From positions 1 through 26,438 of IMG/VR virus record IMGVR_UViG_3300017784_002410: a DNA stretch of 26,438 nt, one strand, 5' to 3'. Source of the DNA: a virus. Lineage: Duplodnaviria > Caudoviricetes. Below are positions 15,549-24,595 of the stretch, piece by piece. The position numbers were made by a program, and so were the translations under genes. The notes under the pieces were generated by a model. That model searched no databases. It was not told where the DNA came from and was given only the letters and a program-made list of their open reading frames with translations. Each line of letters opens with the position of its first letter. Position 1 is the first letter of the stretch.

Positions 15549-16096
15549 TGTATTATGTTTATGCATATATTAGAAAAAGTGATGGTTCACCATACTATAT
15601 TGGTAAAGGTAAAGATTTTCGAGCATGGAACAAACACCAAGGTATTTCTATACCTAAAGATAAAATGAAAATTATTGTTATGGAATCAAATTTAACAGAA
15701 ATTGGCGCATTAGCTTTAGAAAAGCGGTATATTCGTTGGTATGGCCGTAAAGATTTGGGTACAGGTATACTTTTAAATAAAACCGAGGGTGGTGATGGTG
15801 TTTCAGGTTATAAACATACCGAAGAACAAAGAAAGAAAAAAAGTGTGGCCATGCAAGGAATTGTTCCTTATAATAAAGGAATTAAAAGACCTGGTATTGG
15901 AGGAGTAAAAAAAGGAAATATTCCGTGGAATAAAGGAAAAACCGGAATTTATAACAAAGAAACATTAGAAAATATTTCCAATTCTGTAAAAAATGCATGG
16001 AAAGAACCGTTGTCTATATTCAATACAACGGAATACAGAAATAAACTCTCTAATGCAACAAAAAAACAATGGAGTAAATTAAATGGCAGGAGCTAA
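15548..16096 (+). mobile_element. Free-standing GIY-YIG homing endonuclease gene (Seg-like) with NUMOD3-type repeats
   Basis: YYVYAY.R....[45 protein letters not shown]; sits between gp25 and gp6 and overlaps both. Confidence 0.88.
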
Positions 16097-18149
16097 TAGC
16101 CAAATTCAGATAACAGACTTGGATTTTAACACAATTAAAACCAATCTGAGAAAATATCTACAATCACAAAACATACTAAAAGATTATAATTACGAAGGTT
16201 CTGCACTTTCTAACCTTTTAGATTTGTTAGCCTATAACACACAATACAATGCCTACTATTTGAATATGGTAGCTAACGAAATGTTTTTGGACTCTGCCAT
16301 TCAGCGTTCTTCTGTTGTTTCTCACGCAAAGCTATTAAACTATACACCAAAATCGGTTTCAGCACCAGCCGCAATTATTGATTTGAAAATAAATCAAGTT
16401 ACTAATACGGCTTTAACATTACCAAAATTTACAAATTTCTTGTCTGAGGGAATTGACGGTGTAAACTATAAATTTGTAACATTGGATGACTATACTGTTA
16501 ACGCAAATTAATATAATAATACAGTTACATTTTCAAACTTAACAATCAAACAGGGTGAACCAGTTAGTTTGGCATTCACGCATGACGTTGCAACTAATCC
16601 ATCGGCAACATTTGAAATACCTGATGCAGATATTGATACATCCACAATAACAATTGTTGTACAACAAAGCACAACAAACTCTTATTCACAAGTTTTTACA
16701 CTTGCGCAAGAATTTTTAGATTTAATGCCGTCTACCACTTCTTATTTCCTACAAGAAGGACCAAATGGTAATTATCAAGTTTATTTTGGTGATGGTATTC
16801 TAGGAAAAGCGTTAACAGATGGTAATGTAGTACTTATTTCTTACATTACATCTAGTGGTACTTCTGCCACAGGAGCTAATACTTTTGTATTAATGGACTC
16901 TATTTCGGGTTACTCCAATACCGTTGTTACAGGCGTTTCCTCAGCGGTTCAGGGGTCAGACAAAGAATCTATCGCCTCCATCAAATATACTGCTCCTAAG
17001 GCGTATTCCGCACAAGGAAGAGCTGTTACCAAAGAAGATTATATCTACCTGATACAAAATAATTCTGGTATATTTCCAATTGACGCTGTAAATGTCTGGG
17101 GTGGCGAAGACAACGATCCTCCAGTTTATGGTGTTGTCTTTGTGGCAATTAAACCAAGAGGTGGATATACACTAACTAGTAGCCAAAAAACCATCATTGA
17201 AAATGAAATCATCAAACCTATTTCGGTAGTTACAGTAAAACCTAAAATTATTGATGTAGACTACACATATGTTGTTGTCAATTCTAATATTTTATATTCA
17301 CCAAAATTAACACAATATTCAGCCTCACAATTACAAACTCAAGTTTATTCTGCCATTCAAACTTTTGCAGCATCAACATTGAATACTTTTAATTCAACAT
17401 TTCAACTATATGGATTAATTTCGGCGGTACAAGCAGTAAGTCCATCATTTATAACAAACGATGCAAATATAGTATTACAGAAAAGATTTATACCAGATAC
17501 AGAGAATTCCACAAGTTATACATTCTATTTTGGTACATCATTGAGGAAAGATATCTATTCAAAGAGTATCAGCGTGACTCCAACATTCCAAGTCATTGAT
17601 ACGAAAAACAATAGTATAGTTAGAGAAGATGTATATTTGGAAGAAACACCTACATCCACAACATCACTTGAATCAATCAATGTTGTTAATCCTGGTTATG
17701 GTTATACAAGCACACCAACAGTTAACATTTTGGGTGATGGATTTGATGCTACAGCTACAGCAACAATATCTAACGGTCGATTAAGTTCTATTGAAATAAC
17801 TAATGTTGGTTATGGATACACACAAGCGTTAGCTGAAATTGTTGGTGGTGGTGGACAATTAGGTGCTGTGTCAGTTATATTATCTGGAAATTCTGGTATC
17901 ATTAGAACTTATTACTATGATAACGGAGTAAAAACTGTTTTAGATCCTACTGCTGGTACTGTTGACTATGAAAATGGTATTGTAGTTTTAGATTCGTTCT
18001 TGCCGTCTGATGTAAATAATTCATCAGGTGTATTAAGTTTACAAGCAGTTCCAAATTCCACAATCATTTCTTCAAGTCGAGATAAAATTATTGCATTGGA
18101 TAATACAGATTCTAATGCAATCAATGTTAAAATTACAGCCAAGTCATAA
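16083..18149 (+). CDS. 6: Baseplate wedge subunit gp6, interrupted by one in-frame TAA at 16509-16511
   Basis: [41 protein letters not shown]; C-part [31 protein letters not shown]. Track ORFs 16083-16511 and 16569-18149 share a frame and are joined by 19 sense codons; read-through length 688 aa. Confidence 0.9.
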
Positions 18150-21100
18150 TGATTCAACTTAATAATAAGACTTCTTTACAAATACCAGAACAACTTCCCG
18201 AATTTATTCGGGACGATGTTAATTACCAGACATTTGTTTCTTTTATAGAAGCTTATTATGCGTGGTTGGAAACTGCATATTCAGCCAACTCTGCAATTAC
18301 TACAGCAAATACAACTGGCCAAGGTGCAAGTTACGGTTCAAAGAATATTTTAAATTATGTTGATGTTGATAATACACTTGATGATTTTCTGGCATATTTC
18401 ATTAATGATTTTTTACCTTATATTCCAGAAGACGCATTAGCGGATAAAAAGAAATTACTAAAGATTTCTAAACAGTTATATAAAACAAAAGGCACTGAAA
18501 AATCATATAAATTTTTATTTAGAGCATTATATAATTCTGAGGCCGAAACGTATAACACATCTGACCAAATTTTAAAAGCGTCCGATGGTAAATGGATTGT
18601 CCCAAGGTCAATTAAAATTAATTCTTTAGGTGATGAATGGTTGCTGATTAATAATTTAAGATTATTTGGTGAAAGTAGTAAATCTTATGCTCTCGTAAAT
18701 TATGCCAAACGAGTTGGAACAAAAACTGAAATCTTTATTTCTAGTTTACAAAAAACTCTGGATCCTGGTGAATTTCTCCGTGTTGTTGATAATAATAATC
18801 TAGATGTTTATTATTTAAATGGAGAATTATATTTCCAGAACCAAGGATATTCAATCCCTAATAATGCCACATTAATAAGAGAAAAATTACTGGGTTATGT
18901 TCCTTCTATAACAATTAATCCAAATTTTAGAGGACTGTTCTATAATCCTGGTGATCCTGTTGTCGTATATAGTGGTTTAAATCCTGATATTTCAGAACCA
19001 GACGGAGCGACAGCTATAGTTAGTGCTACATCAAACGGTAGTATTGGAAGTCTTATTGTTGTTAATCCGTCACATGGATATAGATTACCACCGAATACGA
19101 CAATATCAATAATTGGTAATGGTTCAGGCGCTTTAGCTGAAGTTGATTTATTAGATGAAACTAAAATAGTAACACTACCTCTCATAACTCCCAATACGTT
19201 AGGTTCTGTAGCGACTGTTCAACTCGGTAATTCAACTATTCCAACTGTATATACATCCTTTGTGGGTGTATATAATGGAATTGCGAATACTAATTCAACG
19301 TTGGTAAATGCTTTAACATTTAATTCAATTAATGTTGCACCAATTGGTTCAGTTGATTTAATTAGTGCGGGTATAAACTACGAAACGTTACCTACGATTG
19401 TGGCCACATCAAATTATAGTACATCTAATGGTGCAACAGTAGGCACAAATAACTTAGCTCTTTTAGGTATTTTACAACCAATTCAAATTTTAAATGGTGG
19501 TACAAATTACGGAAATTCAAACACGATAACAATTAATGGTGGTACAGGCACGGGTGCATACGCCAATGTTTTAGTAAATGCAGCAGGTTCAATCATTTCA
19601 GCAAATTATGTTTTCTCTAGTGGAAATACATTATATACAGGTTCAAATGTTTATCCATTAGGCGGTCTAGGATATAGTACAGAGTGGATGCCGTCTGTTA
19701 TAATAAATTCAAATTCGGGATCAAATGCCTCATTGGTCATTACTGGAGTAATGGGTAGTGGCGCTACTTTCTCACCAACGACTGATAGTATTGGTTCGGT
19801 TTCTTCAATCACTATCACAAATAGTGGTTCAGATTATATTTCCACAGCAAACGTATCACTAAGAGTTGCTGATATTGCTGTGAGTAATGTTTCGGTTTCA
19901 TCTTTACCATCTTCTGGTGAAATAATTTATCAAACAAGTTCAGCAAATTCAAATACGGTAACGTTTAGTTCATATGTAGATTCGATAACAAAATTGTCTA
20001 CAGCTTCACCTTTTAATCCAGCAAATGATGTTTATCAAATTAGAACATATGATTACACTGGAACATATAGTGAGACTGCAAATCTCCGTATTGTCAAAAC
20101 ATCAACAACATTGTCTTTGACTCCACAAATTTCTTACATCAATACTGTTGGTGTTCCAACAAGTATTAAAGTATATGGTGATGGATTGGCCAGAGCTGAA
20201 GCGAGTTTCGTTGGTGGAATTATTGTTGGTACGGGTAAATATCTCAATAATGATGGCCAAATCTCCACATACGGACTTGTTTTAGAGAGTAAAGATTACA
20301 ATAATTACACATATGTTTTATCTACAGACCAAGCCATAAAAACATACAGAGAATTGGTCCTCAATTTACTACATCCAGCTGGCATGAGATTAAGAGGAAG
20401 GGTCCTACTTAAAACTGGTGAAAAATTCAACTTTTCCGGTGCAGACACTTTTCAACAAGGAAACACGCTCGCTAGTGTGGCTGGTTCTGCCGCTTTTGCT
20501 ACACTAAATGTAACATCTTTGAACGTTCAGGCCGCCAGCGCCAATGCCAATTCTTACTTGTCATATATGTTTGCATCTGGTGATGGTGCTAATATTAAAT
20601 TAAATATAACAACTAGCACTAGTTCGGAAAGTAATAATATAATTAAACTCACTGGATTTGTCTCCGGTAATATTGGAAATACAATCTTTGCTAATGACTG
20701 GATTAAGTTTAGTGCGACAAACAACATAAATGCATACTCCGTTATTACCAGTGTTGATTGGCAAAGTAATACAATCTACATGACAGATAATGTGTTCTTA
20801 ACGTTTGCGAATGTTGCTTATGTTTCTGCGGCCGCTAATTCAAACGTAATAAATATAACCGGAATGACTGGTCAATATGATGGTAATTTTATCAATAAAA
20901 CATCTTCTAATAACATCATTTCTGTTGGAGATATAGTTTCATTTAATGGACAACCATATGTTACAGTAACTAGGGTATTTGCAAATGGTAATTTTAGTAT
21001 TAATGGATTTGCAAATCCACAATTAAACTATTCATCGCTCTCTAATGCACTTTTATCGGCAGCTGTTGGTAATGCAGCTAATACGATACTTCTTAGGCAA

Positions 21101-21547
21101 ACGAAGATAGAAGGTGTATTTGGAAACACTGACTATCCCTCAGGAGCAATTGCCAATTCATCATTAATTCCCGCAGGAACCGTAATATTGAGGTCGGTTG
21201 GAGATAGTAATAATATTGGATATACCAACAGTACCGGTAGTCCTATAACGAGCTCGGATGCGCTGAACTATGATAAATTCGTGAACAACGATCCGACACT
21301 AACTGATAACGCTAGAGCTTGGATCGCAAACGTAATGAATCCATTTATGGTTGCTAACCAATTAATTTATAGAAATTATATATATGGCGGAGAAACAGCA
21401 AATGCAACACTCACCATCAACAAGAATGCTAATACTCAATCGGTAATGATTTTTGGAGATGTATCGTATTACAATCCAGGTTTAGTAACAGAAAATGGTT
21501 ATTTGGTCATAAGTGAAAACGGTGATTACTTACACATAGACTTATAA
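18149..21547 (+). CDS. 7: Baseplate wedge initiator gp7-like protein
   Basis: QLPEFI...Y..FV.F..AYY.WLE, LYK.KGT..SY.FLFR.LY, ILKASDGKW, Y..YTYVL, Y..LV..LLHPAG; TAATG coupling to gp6; lies between gp6 and gp8. Confidence 0.8.
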   Translation: MIQLNNKTSLQIPEQLPEFIRDDVNYQTFVSFIEAYYAWLETAYSANSAITTANTTGQGASYGSKNILNYVDVDNTLDDFLAYFINDFLPYIPEDALADKKKLLKISKQLYKTKGTEKSYKFLFRALYNSEAETYNTSDQILKASDGKWIVPRSIKINSLGDEWLLINNLRLFGESSKSYALVNYAKRVGTKTEIFISSLQKTLDPGEFLRVVDNNNLDVYYLNGELYFQNQGYSIPNNATLIREKLLGYVPSITINPNFRGLFYNPGDPVVVYSGLNPDISEPDGATAIVSATSNGSIGSLIVVNPSHGYRLPPNTTISIIGNGSGALAEVDLLDETKIVTLPLITPNTLGSVATVQLGNSTIPTVYTSFVGVYNGIANTNSTLVNALTFNSINVAPIGSVDLISAGINYETLPTIVATSNYSTSNGATVGTNNLALLGILQPIQILNGGTNYGNSNTITINGGTGTGAYANVLVNAAGSIISANYVFSSGNTLYTGSNVYPLGGLGYSTEWMPSVIINSNSGSNASLVITGVMGSGATFSPTTDSIGSVSSITITNSGSDYISTANVSLRVADIAVSNVSVSSLPSSGEIIYQTSSANSNTVTFSSYVDSITKLSTASPFNPANDVYQIRTYDYTGTYSETANLRIVKTSTTLSLTPQISYINTVGVPTSIKVYGDGLARAEASFVGGIIVGTGKYLNNDGQISTYGLVLESKDYNNYTYVLSTDQAIKTYRELVLNLLHPAGMRLRGRVLLKTGEKFNFSGADTFQQGNTLASVAGSAAFATLNVTSLNVQAASANANSYLSYMFASGDGANIKLNITTSTSSESNNIIKLTGFVSGNIGNTIFANDWIKFSATNNINAYSVITSVDWQSNTIYMTDNVFLTFANVAYVSAAANSNVINITGMTGQYDGNFINKTSSNNIISVGDIVSFNGQPYVTVTRVFANGNFSINGFANPQLNYSSLSNALLSAAVGNAANTILLRQTKIEGVFGNTDYPSGAIANSSLIPAGTVILRSVGDSNNIGYTNSTGSPITSSDALNYDKFVNNDPTLTDNARAWIANVMNPFMVANQLIYRNYIYGGETANATLTINKNANTQSVMIFGDVSYYNPGLVTENGYLVISENGDYLHIDL

Positions 21548-21555
21548 GGTAGAAA

Positions 21556-23148
21556 ATGTCATCAATAAAAATATCAGAACTTACTGAAGTAACTCAGTTA
21601 AATTCAAACACAGCAAAAAATTTAATTGTAACAGTCGATCTAGTGACTGGTCTGACCAATAAAATGACTGTGAAGAATTTGGCTGCAAACCTATATTCAA
21701 ATAATAGTTTGGTTGTCAGTCAAAGTATAACATCAAATAACATAGTATCTAATACTTTAACATCTAATGTTATAGTATCGGATACTATCACCATTATACA
21801 AGGTGTTGATGTTGGCCAGAATACTAGACTCACTGTAATTGAAGGCACCAATACTAGCCAGAATGCTAGGATGACTATCATTGAAGGAACGGATGCTAGT
21901 CAAAATGTTAGATTGGATTACAGCAATACTGTTATTACCGTCATACAAGGTACAGATGTCACACAAAACACCAGACTTACTGTATCTGAAGGTGTAGATG
22001 CTAGTCAAAATGTTAGATTGGATTACAGCAATACAGCAATTACTGCTATACAAGCTGTTGATGTTACACAAAACATCAACATTTCCAATAAAGTTGATTT
22101 AACCGGTTCACCTAATCAAACCGTTTCTGGTAATGTAACGATTAGTCAAAGTTTAGTTGTATCTAATACTATAACTTCTAATGTTATAAATGTTACACAA
22201 TCCAATGTCGTTAATCTTTTTGTTACTCAAGCTAACGTAGCTAATCTTACCTTGGTATCAAATGGAACTTTTCAATTAGGTCAAGTGGATTACCTGGATG
22301 CAACAAATATTAGAACATCATATCAACCGAATTTTACAAAAATTTCTTTGTTGACGAATGGCGATTTAAATTTAGATGGATTGACTAATTCATCTGATAC
22401 ATTGGGTTTGCTTAGAATACTTGCTGGCACTTCCAACACAAGTTCTTATCTTGGTTGGCAGCCAAGTTTACAATTAGCTAACAATAAGACTACTGGTATA
22501 TCATTCTTCAAATCTGCTTTTACTAACCAATCGGTTGGCGCAGCGAGCGAAGGATTTTTAACACTTACAAGTGGAAGTGTTTTAACTGCTAACATTTCCA
22601 ATTATATAAGAGTTGGTCAATCTTCAAGTACTAGTAGTTCATATAATAATCCTGGCATAGTATTGAAACCAAACACATCAAGTCCTTGGACAGCAGGTAT
22701 TGGAATTGGCGGTGAACCAGGAGATACTGGAATATCATCAACCTCAAACACTAGCGGATCTTTAGTCGTTTATGGCGGCGCAGGTGTTACTGGTAACGTA
22801 TATGTTGGTGGTGTTGTTAGTCCAGAAAAAGGATTAGTCTACTTACCTCTAGTATACCCTGGTGCACAGACAGCAATCACATTAGATTTTGCAAATAACT
22901 CATTAGTTAGGGCTAACGCATCCAGTGGTGTGGTAGCATCTTTCTCTAATTTAATAGCTGGTAAAACTGTAGATTTGTGGATTACAAACACCTCAGGAGG
23001 AACTATAGTATTTACACACGGATGTTCATCACTCAAATCAACAGTTGGTGCAACGACATATACAATACCTGCAACATCTAGTATTTGTGCTAGTTATGTT
23101 TCTTTTGGTACAGATGTTGCCAATACTTTTGTAGCTATCACAAAATAA
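21556..23148 (+). CDS. Fibre-like baseplate-associated structural protein
   Basis: N-terminal IKISEL, D..QN.R(L/M) heptad-based repeats, fibre motif STSNTSGSLVVYGGAGVTGNVYVGG, beta-rich C-terminal domain. Confidence 0.65.
   Translation: MSSIKISELTEVTQLNSNTAKNLIVTVDLVTGLTNKMTVKNLAANLYSNNSLVVSQSITSNNIVSNTLTSNVIVSDTITIIQGVDVGQNTRLTVIEGTNTSQNARMTIIEGTDASQNVRLDYSNTVITVIQGTDVTQNTRLTVSEGVDASQNVRLDYSNTAITAIQAVDVTQNINISNKVDLTGSPNQTVSGNVTISQSLVVSNTITSNVINVTQSNVVNLFVTQANVANLTLVSNGTFQLGQVDYLDATNIRTSYQPNFTKISLLTNGDLNLDGLTNSSDTLGLLRILAGTSNTSSYLGWQPSLQLANNKTTGISFFKSAFTNQSVGAASEGFLTLTSGSVLTANISNYIRVGQSSSTSSSYNNPGIVLKPNTSSPWTAGIGIGGEPGDTGISSTSNTSGSLVVYGGAGVTGNVYVGGVVSPEKGLVYLPLVYPGAQTAITLDFANNSLVRANASSGVVASFSNLIAGKTVDLWITNTSGGTIVFTHGCSSLKSTVGATTYTIPATSSICASYVSFGTDVANTFVAITK
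21793..22075 (+). repeat. Intragenic repeats of 14/21-aa units (I.G.D..QN.RL)
   Basis: About six peptide units; exact 38-bp duplicate GATGCTAGTCAAAATGTTAGATTGGATTACAGCAATAC at 21892-21929 and 21997-22034. Confidence 0.85.
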
Positions 23149-23177
23149 CAATAAAAAAACATCAATAGGACTATATA

Positions 23178-24581
23178 ATGTCGATTCAAACCGCTAATTC
23201 ATCTTTACTGTTATCTGGTAGTAAAATATACGAAATTTTACAGTTTTATTATTCTCCTTCAGCTACAGCATATCAAAATTCGAGTGAAGTTAATTATAAT
23301 TTGTATGCTTTTGTAGGAAGAACTATTCCTTGGGAAGACAATCAAAATCCTCCTGTTCCAACACAAGACCAATACTCGATCAAAAAAGTTTTCAAAGATA
23401 TCATTGCGGTGAAAAAAATAATAACATCCGATGTATCGCCTGTTATTCCAAGGAGAGATTGGACTTCAGGTGTTGTTTATGATTATTATGATGACCATGA
23501 AGATATGTTTGCCGTAGATTCACAATATCTTATATCAAAAAATTTCTATGTTAGAAATAAATTTGACCAAATTTTTAAGTGTCTGTGGAATAACAATGGT
23601 GCACCATCTACGGATCAACCACAGTTTTTACCCGGAACATTTGATTCTACATTCTTAATTCAAACAACTGACGGATATAAGTGGAAATTTATGTATACCA
23701 TCAACGGTGGTATTAAACAAAAATTTCTAGATGAAAATTGGATGCCTTGTTCAGTAGGCACAATAATCCCGAGTCCAGCTGTATCTGCTGCTGGTGCAGG
23801 ATCAATTGATGTGATAAATGTAACAACCGTAGGTGTAGGATATGATCCTACTGGTGTAACAATTAATATTGTTGGAGATGGAACTGGAGCCTCAGCATCT
23901 GCTGTGGTTAATGCAGCAGGATATCTGACTGATGTAACAATGATTAACACAGGTACAAATTATACATATGCCGAAGTTACAATTGATGTTAATAATGGAT
24001 TCAATACTCCAAACGTTGCATCAGTAGCTATTGCGCCTGTATCACCTCCTGGTGGCCACTCAATCGATCCAATTTCAGAACTAGGTTGTAATAATGTAAT
24101 GATATCCTTAGATTTCACAGGTGATGAGGGTGGTACTATTCCAACAGATTTGACTTATTACCAATTAGGTATGATATTAAATCCACAAGCAACCAGTGAA
24201 TTGCCAGATTTGGCAACCGATGAAAGATATGACGTAACATCACAATTATTTGTTTCTCCAGGTAGTGGTTCTTACGTATCGGGCCAAACAGTATATCAAG
24301 GTACTAGCCTGGTAGCTGCAACATTTACCGCAACAGTTGCTAATTTTAATTCATCGACCAATGTGGTAAAGGTCATAAATACTGAAGGTAGTATTATTGA
24401 CAATGAACCGCTGTTTCAAGATTCAAATGGAGCAATAAACTCCGCAGTGCGAACCGTTTTGAGTCATAGTGAATCTGATTTTATCAAAATGTCTGGATAT
24501 ATGACCTACATAGAAAATAGATCAGCAATAACAAGAAGTTCTGATGGCACGGAACAATTCCGTGTCGTATTTAGATTTTAA
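23178..24581 (+). CDS. 8: Baseplate wedge subunit gp8
   Basis: Y.FVGR..PW....PP.P, VIPRRDW.SG..YD.Y, FYV.N....IFKCL.N, T.DGYKWKFMY, GGH..DP..ELG, SG...YIENR..I.RS.D..E. Confidence 0.9.
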   Translation: MSIQTANSSLLLSGSKIYEILQFYYSPSATAYQNSSEVNYNLYAFVGRTIPWEDNQNPPVPTQDQYSIKKVFKDIIAVKKIITSDVSPVIPRRDWTSGVVYDYYDDHEDMFAVDSQYLISKNFYVRNKFDQIFKCLWNNNGAPSTDQPQFLPGTFDSTFLIQTTDGYKWKFMYTINGGIKQKFLDENWMPCSVGTIIPSPAVSAAGAGSIDVINVTTVGVGYDPTGVTINIVGDGTGASASAVVNAAGYLTDVTMINTGTNYTYAEVTIDVNNGFNTPNVASVAIAPVSPPGGHSIDPISELGCNNVMISLDFTGDEGGTIPTDLTYYQLGMILNPQATSELPDLATDERYDVTSQLFVSPGSGSYVSGQTVYQGTSLVAATFTATVANFNSSTNVVKVINTEGSIIDNEPLFQDSNGAINSAVRTVLSHSESDFIKMSGYMTYIENRSAITRSSDGTEQFRVVFRF

Positions 24582-24595
24582 TTTGGAAAGAAAAA

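Noticed and set aside
15548-16096. Group I intron housing the endonuclease
   Set aside because: gp25 and the gp6 N-terminus are intact and the ORF fills the whole gap, leaving no room for intron core structure.
16509-16511. Genome-wide stop-codon reassignment as the cause of the gp6 stop
   Set aside because: TAA ends most genes here at their expected C-termini (gp32, gp25, gp8), TAG and TGA also act as stops, and no other gene is interrupted.
21793-22075. CRISPR array or DGR template/variable repeat pair
   Set aside because: Repeats are in-frame peptide repeats within one ORF, with no unique spacers, no adenine-specific mismatch pattern and no cas or reverse transcriptase gene in the window.
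511-23950. Short antisense or alternate-frame ORFs in the track (e.g. 511-720, 866-1099, 4131-4457, 6127-6435, 6860-7099, 7387-7749, 12671-12952, 21757-22071, 23660-23950)
   Set aside because: All overlap well-supported genes, lack recognisable motifs, and the Cys/Trp-rich ones are mirror images of repeats on the coding strand.
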